Source: an uncultured Clostridia bacterium (lineage in GTDB: Bacteria > Bacillota > Clostridia > TANB77 > CAG-465). Taken from it: a stretch of DNA of 64,000 bases. Each line of letters begins with the position of its first letter. Position 1 is the first letter of the stretch. The notes below the pieces were generated by a model. That model was not told the DNA's origin. It did no database searches and saw only the letters and a list, made by a program, of their open reading frames with translations. The DNA lies in NCBI GenBank assembly GCA_934132895.1, contig CAKPAG010000004.1:37846-101845 (forward strand), read 5' to 3'. Below, one piece after another: positions 43,003 through 52,476 of the stretch. The position numbers were made by a program, and so were the translations under genes.

Positions 43003-44073
43003 TTGAATTATTCAATATGCATATTATTTTTAATAATAATAGTACTAGTTATTATGGTATTGGCTATTGATTATGATTATAAAAAGAAATTAAAAAAAGT
43101 TTCAAGTGATTCTAATGTATTATTAAATTATTTGTCACAAGAAATGCTTAAAATAACAAGCCTAGATATTAAGGCAATAGAAAAATTAGAAAAATTTAAT
43201 AATATTTTAAAAACTAGATTGAAAGTAGATTATTCTACAATATGTTTATATGATGGGAATAATTTTGAAATTAAAGCAAGTAATATAGATGAAACATATA
43301 GAGATTCTATAAAAGATATAGTTGAGGATGCAAATTTTAAATATGCAATTTTAAAAAGGAGTGTTAAATATCTTACAGTAGATAACGATAAAACATTGTT
43401 ATATAAAAGTGCTATTGAAAGAAATATAAAAACAGCAATACTATTACCACTTTGCTTTGAAAATAATTTCTTAGGATTTGTGTTATTGGAGTGTAAGAAA
43501 GCAAATGTTTTAAGTGAAATAATAGATGAAGATTTAATAGAACTTAGTAAAAACATTTCTAATTTTGTTGAGAATGTTGAATTTCAAAATACAATAGAAT
43601 CAGCAAATGTTATTGATACTCAAACTTCATTTTATAATAATGTATATCTATATACTAATGTAAGAAAAGTTTTAGCTTCATATAATACATCTGCAATGGT
43701 AGTTGTTAAACTTTCAAATTTACCTAATATAAATGATATATATAATAGAAATGTTGGTAATCTTTTACTTGTAAAACTTGCTAATACTACTAAAGATATA
43801 CTAGGAGAAGACAATATATACATAAGATATAGCGGCTTAAGATTTATAGTATTTGTCAAAGATTCAAATGCTGAGGCAGTACAACCAAAAGTAGAATTAT
43901 TATTATCAAAATATAAAAATATATACGAGTATGTTGATGATGAAAAGGTATCAATAGATACTCAAATACTTATACATACTTTAAGAAAACAGAATAACAT
44001 TGAAAAAGAAATACAAAAAACAATGTCATATATTGATTGGATGAAAGCATCAAATACAATAAAAATAATTTAA
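43003..44073 (+). CDS. Membrane-anchored GAF-like plus degenerate GGDEF-domain protein
   Basis: N-terminal TM. FLGFVLLE is GAF-like. IRYSGLRFIVF aligns to RYGGEEF with GGEEF replaced by SGLRF (predicted inactive cyclase). The I-site RxxD is also absent (GEDN). Confidence 0.45.
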   Translation: MNYSICILFLIIIVLVIMVLAIDYDYKKKLKKVSSDSNVLLNYLSQEMLKITSLDIKAIEKLEKFNNILKTRLKVDYSTICLYDGNNFEIKASNIDETYRDSIKDIVEDANFKYAILKRSVKYLTVDNDKTLLYKSAIERNIKTAILLPLCFENNFLGFVLLECKKANVLSEIIDEDLIELSKNISNFVENVEFQNTIESANVIDTQTSFYNNVYLYTNVRKVLASYNTSAMVVVKLSNLPNINDIYNRNVGNLLLVKLANTTKDILGEDNIYIRYSGLRFIVFVKDSNAEAVQPKVELLLSKYKNIYEYVDDEKVSIDTQILIHTLRKQNNIEKEIQKTMSYIDWMKASNTIKII

Positions 44074-44137
44074 TATAAATTTAATGTATATTAAATTAAT
44101 TAAAAATATATTATATATAGTAAAGGAGTGATTTTTT

Positions 44138-44383
44138 ATGGATCAAAATACAACAGTATTTACACCACAAAAAGATGAATCAAAAAGAGTAAGAGAGATA
44201 ATGGAACAAGTAGTTGCTGCATTAAAAGATAAAGGATATGAACCTGTAAGTCAAATTATAGGGTATATACTATCTGGTGACCCAACTTACATTACATCTC
44301 ATCAAAATGCTAGAGCTTTAATCTGCAAAATTGAAAGAGATGATCTTTTACAAGAAATGATTAAAAAATACTTAGGAATATAA
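44138..44383 (+). CDS. ireB: IreB-family regulatory phosphoprotein (UPF0297)
   Basis: 81 aa. VREIM.QVVAALKDKGYEPVSQIIGYILSGDPTYITSHQNAR matches the YrzL/IreB family. Lies upstream of ruvX, as in Bacillus. Confidence 0.75.
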   Translation: MDQNTTVFTPQKDESKRVREIMEQVVAALKDKGYEPVSQIIGYILSGDPTYITSHQNARALICKIERDDLLQEMIKKYLGI

Positions 44384-44386
44384 CTT

Positions 44387-44809
44387 ATGAAAAGAATACT
44401 TGCAATAGATTATGGTGATGTAAGAGTAGGTTTAGCTGTTTCTGATGTATTACATATAACAGCTCAAGGAATAGATACTTTAGTTATAAATAAAAGTGAT
44501 AAGAAATTTATTTCTGGAATAAAAAAGGTGGTTAGTGATTATGATGTAGATACTATAGTAATAGGATATCCTAAAAATATGGATGGAACCTTATCAGAAA
44601 AAGCTAAAAAAGTAGATACATTTATCCCAGTATTAGAGGGGATTGTTCCAAATGTATATAAATGGGATGAAAGACTTACTACTGTTTCAGCATATAAAAC
44701 AATGAGAGAACTTAATATATCTCAAAAAAATAAAAATACGTATGCTGATAAACTAGCAGCAACATATATTTTAGAGGGATATCTTTTAAAAATTTCGAAT
44801 AATAAATAA
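44387..44809 (+). CDS. ruvX: Putative pre-16S rRNA nuclease / Holliday-junction-resolvase-like RuvX (YqgF)
   Basis: MKRILAIDYGDVRVGLAVSD is the N-terminus, with an RNase H-like fold. 140 aa. Confidence 0.85.
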   Translation: MKRILAIDYGDVRVGLAVSDVLHITAQGIDTLVINKSDKKFISGIKKVVSDYDVDTIVIGYPKNMDGTLSEKAKKVDTFIPVLEGIVPNVYKWDERLTTVSAYKTMRELNISQKNKNTYADKLAATYILEGYLLKISNNK

Positions 44810-44884
44810 ATTTAAGGAAAAAATATATACAAAATACATATTCTAGTGTATAATGTAACTACTAAAGATTAGGAGGAATAAAAA

Positions 44885-45250
44885 ATGGATAAAGAAGAAT
44901 TAAATGGTTGCGCAGCTGGATGTGCTAGTTGTGCAGGATGTGGACATGATCATGGACATGACATGGAACTTCCAGATGATTTTAGTCCTGTAATAACACT
45001 TACAGATGAAGACGGTCAAGATGTTCAATTTGAAATACTTGATGTAGTTGTAATGGACGATGAAAAAGAATATTTAATCGTTTCAGAAGCAACTGATGAA
45101 GAAAAAGAAGATGTAGAAGTTGTAATTCTTGAAATAAAACAAGAAGATGGTGAAGAAGTTTACGATACTGTTACTGATGAAGAAATAGGTAAGGCAGTAT
45201 TTGATAGATTTGTAAGCCAACAACAAGAACTTGATAACGAAGAAGAATAA
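44885..45250 (+). CDS. DUF1292-family acidic protein with a Cys/His-rich N-terminal extension
   Basis: 121 aa. CAAGCASCAGCGHDHGHD, then the acidic DUF1292-like body (ITLTDEDGQDVQFEILDVV..). Conserved position after ruvX, like B. subtilis yrzB. Confidence 0.65.
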   Translation: MDKEELNGCAAGCASCAGCGHDHGHDMELPDDFSPVITLTDEDGQDVQFEILDVVVMDDEKEYLIVSEATDEEKEDVEVVILEIKQEDGEEVYDTVTDEEIGKAVFDRFVSQQQELDNEEE

Positions 45251-45379
45251 ATTTTAAAAAATATCTTGTGCTTAAATTATATTGCATAAGATATTTTTCT
45301 TTACTTTTGAGAAAATTATGGTATAATACTGTAAATAAATATATAAATACTTGTTTAATAAAAAAGGAGGAAAATTATT

Positions 45380-45943
45380 ATGAAATATTTTAAAAAATTA
45401 GTTGGAGAAAGAATATACTTATCTCCACTTAGTACAGAAGATTATGAACAATATGTTGAATGGTTAAATGATTTTAAAGTATCAGATGGAATAGGTTCTA
45501 GTGCAAATGTTGCCACAATTTCTTCTGAAAAAGAATGGCTTGAATCAAGTTCAAAGTCAAATAATTATCCTTTTGCAATTGTAAGTTTAAATGAAAATAA
45601 ACTTCTAGGAAATTGTGGCTTGAACAATGTGAATTTCATTCGTAGAACAGCTACACTCGGTATATTTATAGGAAATGAAGAAAAAAGAGGCTTAGGAATC
45701 GGTAAAGAAGCAATAAATTTAGTACTTGATTATGCCTTTAATTATTTAAACTTAAATAATGTAATGTTAAATGTATTTTCATTTAATGAAGGAGCAATAA
45801 AATGCTATAAAAGTGTAGGCTTTAAAGAATTTGGTAGAAGAAGAGAGGCGTACTTCTTAAATGGAAAATATTATGATGATGTGCATATGGATATTTTAAA
45901 ATCTGAATTTAAAGGAAGCTATATATTAAACAAAAACATATAA
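45380..45943 (+). CDS. GNAT-family N-acetyltransferase (RimJ/RimL-like)
   Basis: 187 aa. The acetyl-CoA binding motif region is GNEEKRGLGIGKEAINLVLDYAF. Confidence 0.75.
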   Translation: MKYFKKLVGERIYLSPLSTEDYEQYVEWLNDFKVSDGIGSSANVATISSEKEWLESSSKSNNYPFAIVSLNENKLLGNCGLNNVNFIRRTATLGIFIGNEEKRGLGIGKEAINLVLDYAFNYLNLNNVMLNVFSFNEGAIKCYKSVGFKEFGRRREAYFLNGKYYDDVHMDILKSEFKGSYILNKNI

Positions 45944-45944
45944 A

Positions 45945-45995
45945 AAGAAAAACTGAAATGGTACTTTTATTTACTATTTCAGTTTTTCTTTTTTG
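45945..45995. terminator. Bidirectional rho-independent terminator
   Basis: GAAAAACTGAAAT ... ATTTCAGTTTTTCTTTTTT. Confidence 0.55.
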
Positions 45996-46081
45996 TTTGA
46001 TAGCTATAAAATAATAATAATCTAATATATTTAATAAAACAATCAAATTAAATAGAAATTTTCATCAATCTAAAATCTAAT

Positions 46082-46254
46082 TAATTTGATCTTTCTTTTA
46101 CACAATATTCGAGCATATTTACTACGATATTATTAAAAGAAGAATTATTTTCTCGTGCAATACTTTCTATCTTTTCTATTAGGTCATCTTTCAAATATAT
46201 AGATTTATAGCTAGCTTTTACTCTATCTTTTTTATAATCTAAATTTATGGCCAT
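46082..46254 (-). pseudogene. Ribbon-helix-helix (CopG/Arc-like) small DNA-binding protein, frame broken by a 1-nt indel in a TATATA run
   Basis: Minus strand, RBS AAGGGG then the ATG. Frame 1 reads MAINLDYKKDRVKASYKSYI*. The downstream frame reads ..LKDDLIEKIESIARENNSSFNNIVVNMLEYCVKERSN*. Joined, they give a classical RHH beta-strand plus two helices of about 56 aa. Confidence 0.4.
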
Positions 46255-46462
46255 AAAATATACCCCTTAAATATTGTACAATATAGTAGAATAAATTAAT
46301 ATATGAAAATTTTCTATTGTATTTAAAACAACACAAAACCAAAAAATTACCATATTAAAAGTAAGGAAAAAGATATGTAATATCAGTGAAAATTTAGTGA
46401 AATTGGCTTGATTATGTTCACAATGAATAATCATTATGGTATAATGTACGTGGTGATAAAAA

Positions 46463-47728
46463 ATGGAAGAAGTAAAAAACTTTTTTAATATATCAGATAA
46501 TGTGATTAAAGAAACTTTAAATTCTGAAGAAAATATAAAAGAAATATTTAAAGATATTGATAAAAAGGCAATGTATAATACAGCAAAAGTTATGAGTGCA
46601 TTTAAGAAGTATAATCTTTCTGCTATGCATTTCGGTAAAACAACAGGATATGGGTACGATGATCCTGGGCGTGAGGTAATAGAAAAAATATATGCTGAAA
46701 TATTTAATACGGAAGATAGTTTAGTAAGGGTACAGTTTGTAAATGGAACACATGCAATTGCAACAGCTCTTAAAGCATTACTTATGCCAAATGATACAAT
46801 GCTTGCAATATCAGGTAGACCTTATGATACGCTTTGTGAAGTAATAGGAATAAAGGAGAATTCCTTATCTCTTAAAAACTATGGAGTAAAATATGATGAA
46901 ATAGAACTTCTAGAGGATGGGAATTTTGATGAAGAAAAAATACTTGAATATTTAAAACATAACAAAGTAAAACTAATACATATTCAAAGATCAAAAGGAT
47001 ACGCTTTAAGAAAATCGCTATATATAGCAGATATTGAAAAAATAATAACAAAGATAAGAATGATAGATAAAGATGTTATAATCATGGTAGATAACTGTTA
47101 TGGAGAATTTGTGGAAGAAAAGGAACCAACAGATGTAGGGGCAGATATAGTATGTGGTAGTTTAATTAAAAATATTGGCGGTGGACTTTGTGAAACAGGT
47201 GCATATATTGCTGGAAAAGAAAATTTAATTAAATTGTGTGCTGAAACTTTAACTTGTCCAGGTATTGGGAAAGAGTGTGGAGCAACTTTAGATCAAAACA
47301 GGAACATATTACAAGGATTATTCTTAGCTCCATCTGTTGTAAAGAATGCATTAAAGTCTGCGGTATTTGCAGCTAATTTGTTAGGCAATTTAGGTTTTGA
47401 AGTATATCCTAAATATGACGAAAAAAGAAGTGATATAATTCAGGCTATAAAATTAAATGAAAAAGAAAAATTAATAAAATTTATTCAAGGTATACAGTCT
47501 GCATCTCCAGTAGATAGTCATGTTACTCCAATGCCATGGGATATGCCAGGATATGAAGATCAAGTTATAATGGCAGCAGGAACATTTATCGATGGAGCCT
47601 CTATTGAACTTTCAGCAGATAGCCCTATAAGAGAACCATATGTTGCATATATGCAAGGTGGCCTTACATATGAATCAGCAAAACTTGCTATATGTATTGC
47701 GGTAGATAAAATGTTGGAGGAAAAATAG
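46463..47728 (+). CDS. PLP-dependent Cys/Met-metabolism enzyme of the methionine gamma-lyase / aluminium-resistance (YnbB-like) family
   Basis: 421 aa. Central PLP-lysine region (QRSKGY) and overall similarity to the PF06838 family. Confidence 0.65.
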   Translation: MEEVKNFFNISDNVIKETLNSEENIKEIFKDIDKKAMYNTAKVMSAFKKYNLSAMHFGKTTGYGYDDPGREVIEKIYAEIFNTEDSLVRVQFVNGTHAIATALKALLMPNDTMLAISGRPYDTLCEVIGIKENSLSLKNYGVKYDEIELLEDGNFDEEKILEYLKHNKVKLIHIQRSKGYALRKSLYIADIEKIITKIRMIDKDVIIMVDNCYGEFVEEKEPTDVGADIVCGSLIKNIGGGLCETGAYIAGKENLIKLCAETLTCPGIGKECGATLDQNRNILQGLFLAPSVVKNALKSAVFAANLLGNLGFEVYPKYDEKRSDIIQAIKLNEKEKLIKFIQGIQSASPVDSHVTPMPWDMPGYEDQVIMAAGTFIDGASIELSADSPIREPYVAYMQGGLTYESAKLAICIAVDKMLEEK

Positions 47729-47730
47729 TA

Positions 47731-48971
47731 GTGAAAGTAATAGTAGTTGGAGGTGGAGCTGCACGGAATGATGGCAGCTATAACCGCAGCAAGAGAAAAT
47801 AATGAAGTTACTTTAATAGAAAAGACGTCTTCACTTGGAAACAAAATAAAAATAACTGGAAAAGGTAGATGTAATTTAACCTTTGATGGAGATTTAGAAG
47901 ATTTTAAAAGAAACATTGTAAAAAACTATAAATTCATGTACAGTTCATTTAATAATTTTACTAATAAAGATGTAGTAAGTTTCTTTGAAAGTCATGGAGT
48001 AAAGACAAAAGTGGAAAGAGGCGGAAGAATATTTCCAGTTTCAGACAGTGCTTTAGACATAGTAAAAGCTTTAGAAAAAGAACTAAAAAAACAAAAAGTT
48101 AACATTTTATTAAATACTAGTATTAAAGAAGTTTTAACTTGCAATAATATAGTTACAGGGATAAAACTTGAAAATGGGAAAAATCTAGAATGCGATAAAT
48201 GTATAATTGCAACTGGAGGAAAAAGCTTTCCTAAAACAGGAAGTGTGGGAGATGGTTACAAGTTAGCTAAAAAACTAGGAATAGATATTGTAGATATAAC
48301 ACCTGGGCTTGTACCACTTAGAAGTAATGATAAAGAAGTAAAAGAGTTACAAGGACTATCTTTGAAAAATGTATCTTTTAAATTAATAGATGAAAACAAA
48401 ACAATTTATGAAGATTTTGGAGAGCTTATGTTTGCACATTTTGGACTGACGGGACCAGTTGTACTTAGTTCAAGTAGTGTTTTAAATAGGATAGATAACT
48501 TAAAAGAAAAATTAAAGTTAGGTAAAATATTTGCTATAATTGATTTAAAGCCAGCTCTTTCTTTTGAAGTATTAGACAAAAGAATATGTAGAGATTTTGA
48601 AAAATATACAAATAAGGAGTTTAAAAACAGTTTAAATGATTTGTTACCACAAAAGCTAATTCCAGTAATAATTAAGAATTCAGCCATAGATGAAAACAAA
48701 AAAGTAAATCAAATAACTAAAGAGGAAAGAAAAAGATTAACTGAATGTATTAAAAATTTAAGGGTTAATATATCAGATTTAATGCCTTTAGAATTAGCTA
48801 TAATTACTTGCGGTGGAATAAATGTAAAAGAAATAAATCCTAAAACTATGGAATCTAAAAAAATAAGCGGGTTATACTTTTGTCGGAGAAATATTGGACA
48901 TAGATGCATACACTGGAGGATATAATTTACAAATAGCTTTTTCTACTGCAGTAGCTGCTGGTAAAAATTAA
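47731..48971 (+). CDS. HI0933-like (BaiN/YhiN) NAD(P)/FAD-dependent flavoprotein, frame broken at two places (about 47764 and about 48886)
   Basis: The GTG at 47731 gives VKVIVVGGGAA, then an extra C (GCACGGA) shifts to the track frame (GMMAAITAARENNEVTLIEK). At the 3' end, KISGLYF is followed, after an extra T in TTTT, by VGEILDIDAYTGGYNLQIAFSTAVAAGKN*, the conserved family C-terminus. The restored protein is about 413 aa. Confidence 0.75.
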
Positions 48972-49020
48972 AAGGTAAAACAAATATATTATTTAAATAA
49001 AAATTAGGGAGGTTATGAAA

Positions 49021-50181
49021 ATGGAAGAAAAAATAATGTTTAGTGAAAAAAAATCTACACCAAAAATATTAATAGTATTAGTTATAGCCGTAATTGGAGG
49101 TTTGATAGGAAGTCTTTTTACATATGTAGCTTTAGATAAGAAGATTGAAAATCTAACTGGTACAAATTCTAATGGAACTACAAAATCATATGAGATAAGT
49201 AGTGTAGAAAACCCAGTTGTAGCTATTGCTGAAAATGTTGGACCATCAATTGTTGGGGTAAAAGTAAATTATGTTTCTCAAAATATGTTTGGTTCACTTT
49301 CAGAAGCTGATGAAGAAGGTTCTGGAATTATATACAAAGAAGATGGATATATTATAACAAACTATCATGTAATAGAATCTGCTATAAATAATTCTACCGC
49401 TAAAGTTGTTGTAACTTTTGCAAATAGTGAAGAAGAGGTAGATGCTAAAATTATAGGTGGAGATAAAACAACAGACTTAGCAGTTATAAAAATAGAAAAA
49501 ACAGGACTTACAGCAGCTAAAATAGGTAAATCATCAGACTTAAAAGTAGGTGAATTAGCAGTAGCAATTGGTAACCCTTTAGGTCAAGAGTTTGCAGGAA
49601 GTGTAACTGTTGGATATGTTTCAGCTTTAAACAGAAAAATTACAACTGATGGAAGAACATATAAACTAATACAAACTGATGCAGCAATAAACCCTGGAAA
49701 CAGTGGAGGCGCTTTGGTAAATTCTAAAGGAGAAGTAATAGGAATAAATACTGTAAAAATTGGTGCAACAGAAGTAGAAGGTCTAGGGTTCGCAATTCCA
49801 ACTGATGATGCAATAACAATAATAGACGAATTAATGTCAAAAGGACAAATTGAAAGACCTTTAATTGGTATATCAGGAATAGATCTAGATAGTACTACAG
49901 CTAAAAGAAATAATTTACAAGAAGGAATATATATAGCTCAAGTAGCTTCTAATTCCCCAGCATCACAAGCAGGACTTCAAAAAGGTGATATAATTATAGG
50001 AGTAGATGATAAGGAAATAAAAACTATGGAGCAACTTAATGAGTACAAAAATACTAAAAAAATTGGTGATAAGATAAAACTAAAAATAGTTCGTGCTTCA
50101 AAAGAACAAGAAGTAGAATTAACTTTAGCAAGTGACACAACAGTTACATTTAATACTTCAACAAGTTCTAATAGCAGATAA
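49021..50181 (+). CDS. htrA: HtrA/DegP-family serine protease with a PDZ domain
   Basis: N-terminal TM, catalytic GNSGGALVN, and a C-terminal PDZ. Start at the ATG at 49021, 8 nt after GGGAGG. Confidence 0.85.
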   Translation: MEEKIMFSEKKSTPKILIVLVIAVIGGLIGSLFTYVALDKKIENLTGTNSNGTTKSYEISSVENPVVAIAENVGPSIVGVKVNYVSQNMFGSLSEADEEGSGIIYKEDGYIITNYHVIESAINNSTAKVVVTFANSEEEVDAKIIGGDKTTDLAVIKIEKTGLTAAKIGKSSDLKVGELAVAIGNPLGQEFAGSVTVGYVSALNRKITTDGRTYKLIQTDAAINPGNSGGALVNSKGEVIGINTVKIGATEVEGLGFAIPTDDAITIIDELMSKGQIERPLIGISGIDLDSTTAKRNNLQEGIYIAQVASNSPASQAGLQKGDIIIGVDDKEIKTMEQLNEYKNTKKIGDKIKLKIVRASKEQEVELTLASDTTVTFNTSTSSNSR

Positions 50182-50192
50182 TATAACAAATA

Positions 50193-50228
50193 AACCAGTA
50201 TGCCAAAAAACATACTGGTTTAAGTTTT
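50193..50228. terminator. Bidirectional terminator between htrA and the convergent gene
   Basis: AACCAGTATG-ccaaaaaa-CATACTGGTT, a perfect 10-bp stem. Confidence 0.6.
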
Positions 50229-50231
50229 ACA

Positions 50232-50804
50232 TTAAAACTTTTTTCGTAAACGAAGAAGTTGGGATATATATTCCTCTTCAGTTAGCAAAGTTTCTTTTTT
50301 ATCGTGACAGCCAATGTTATGAACAAGATACTTATCTTTAGTTCTTTTTAAAAATTCCCTAAATAAAATATTTTGTTCAAAAAGCTTATCATAAGCCATA
50401 GTGATTAAATCTGTATAATCGAGAGCCTCTCTTTTTATTTCCTTACCAAGCCAAAAAACAGTTTGAGTTTTCCTCCAATCTCTAAGCATACGCCTCATTT
50501 TATATGCCATCATGCCAGAGTATTCAGAATATATTTTTTCTTGTATAAGAATATCTGGCTCACGTAGAGATTGAATAAAACTTTCCATAGAAAGACAAGT
50601 TAGGTTATCATTTTTACCCCCAATTTTGAATTTGTGTGGAAATAAATTTGAAAGTGGAGCTGTCTTTTCGTCTTTATACGATATATCAATCGTATCATCA
50701 TCTGTACTTTTCCAATCACAAACGGTACAACTGAAATTACGTTTTACCATTGAATTATACATTTCTGTAGCAGTACATCCACATTTTGGACAAATTTTAG
50801 CCAT
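50232..50804 (-). CDS. Hypothetical protein with an N-terminal zinc ribbon (CPKCG..CTVC)
   Basis: 190 aa. Two CxxC pairs at the N-terminus, then a helical domain. No family recognised. Confidence 0.45.
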   Translation of the reverse strand: MAKICPKCGCTATEMYNSMVKRNFSCTVCDWKSTDDDTIDISYKDEKTAPLSNLFPHKFKIGGKNDNLTCLSMESFIQSLREPDILIQEKIYSEYSGMMAYKMRRMLRDWRKTQTVFWLGKEIKREALDYTDLITMAYDKLFEQNILFREFLKRTKDKYLVHNIGCHDKKETLLTEEEYISQLLRLRKKF

Positions 50805-51003
50805 AATATAATTTCCTCCTTTAATTAAAGTTTGATATATAAATATTTTTAAGTATTATATCACAATTTTATGAAAAGTCAAGATGACTTTTGTTAAGTA
50901 TTTTCTGCATTTTTAAATTAAAAAAGTGATAGTACAAATATTATTAAATAATTAGCACTAACACATCTTTAATTAATTACATTATAACATAAAAAATGAT
51001 TTT

Positions 51004-51693
51004 TTATTTAATTTCTTCTTTTAAGTCAGGATATGCCTTGATAAATTCTATTGTTTTACCTTTTCCATTTTCATCTTCATAATAGTAAATATATGAATCT
51101 TTTGTTTCTTTTTTTAATCTTACATTTATTAATCTGACAATAGAACAATTACCGTTATATATTTTATTAAAGTTTTTATCAATGTCTTTTATAAACGGTG
51201 CATTTTCTTTTCTTGCTTCATTAAATACTTTTATATAAACATCAGCAATTTCTCTATTTTTATTTAATTCTTCTTGTAATTTTTTATTTATTTCTAATTT
51301 ATCTACGTTGTCAACAGAAGATAAGATAGAAGTGGATGTATTTATATTTACAGCACTACCTATTTCTGGAATAAATGTTAGCTTTACCGCCCAATAATTA
51401 TCACCTTCTTTTATAACTGCAGTTTGCTTAGCATATTCATATTTTGATAACCATTTAATTAAGTTATATATACAATATATTATATAAGTTATAGCACCAA
51501 CCAAAATAATAGGCCATAGAAAATCTAGTAAATCTCCTAATCCTATTAAAAGTAAAAAAATGGGTCCGAATAAAGCAATGCAAAATGCTAATGATATGTA
51601 TATAATCACCATTCTAATTTTTGTATTAGGATCTTTATCAGTATAGCAGTTATTCTTTATTGCTTCTTCTTTATTATACATAAATACTTTCAT
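51004..51693 (-). CDS. Hypothetical membrane protein (2 N-terminal TM plus a soluble domain)
   Basis: 229 aa. Confidence 0.45.
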   Translation of the reverse strand: MKVFMYNKEEAIKNNCYTDKDPNTKIRMVIIYISLAFCIALFGPIFLLLIGLGDLLDFLWPIILVGAITYIIYCIYNLIKWLSKYEYAKQTAVIKEGDNYWAVKLTFIPEIGSAVNINTSTSILSSVDNVDKLEINKKLQEELNKNREIADVYIKVFNEARKENAPFIKDIDKNFNKIYNGNCSIVRLINVRLKKETKDSYIYYYEDENGKGKTIEFIKAYPDLKEEIK

Positions 51694-51837
51694 AAATTAC
51701 ACCTCCACTATAATTATATCAGAAAAAAAATTGATTTACAATCTCCATTAGAATTGTCAAGTATGTAGAGATTATGCATATTTAAAATAATGGGCAATAA
51801 AATAAGTTCCCTTTTTAAAGAGAACTTATAAAAAATG

Positions 51838-52194
51838 TTACCATTTTTTCCGTCTGTGTGGTTTGATATGAGGTGGTCTAAATTTAGGAGTAGTTACCTT
51901 AGCAATGCCTATTATCATATTAAATACAATACATACTAGCTTATATAGAAGAAGTCCAGGTAAAGAAAGTACATAAAGGCAAGTATTTAATATTATAGTT
52001 TTCTTGTTAGTAGCTTTTAAGTTATTTTTGCTATACATATTTGAGTATAAAATTGATATTGGTACATACAAAAATAACGAAAATGTAGTCTCAGAAATGT
52101 TAAAGATTATTGTGCATATACTCAGTAATGAAACTGCCCCAAGAACTACTTTGAACCATATTGTGTCCACAACCATTTTTTTGAAATCATTCAT
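51838..52194 (-). CDS. Hypothetical small membrane protein (3 TM) with a basic C-terminal tail
   Basis: 118 aa, ending PKFRPPHIKPHRRKKW. Confidence 0.4.
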   Translation of the reverse strand: MNDFKKMVVDTIWFKVVLGAVSLLSICTIIFNISETTFSLFLYVPISILYSNMYSKNNLKATNKKTIILNTCLYVLSLPGLLLYKLVCIVFNMIIGIAKVTTPKFRPPHIKPHRRKKW

Positions 52195-52476
52195 TTCAAA
52201 TTCCTCCGTTTTTAAAATTATAAAAATTTAATAAATATATTATATAGTTATATTATATCATTTTTTAAAAATTATGTCAATTTTAGCTACAATGTATCAA
52301 AATATAATAGATTTAAGTTAAATTTGATATCAACTTTAAGAATTTTTTCTAAAAAATATTGCATAGTTTGAAATTATGTAGTATACTATTTTTAGTATAG
52401 AGTTATTTTGGTAATTGTCTATACTTTAAAGAAAGGTGTTAAATTTCAAAATTAAAATTTAAGGAGTGTATATTAA

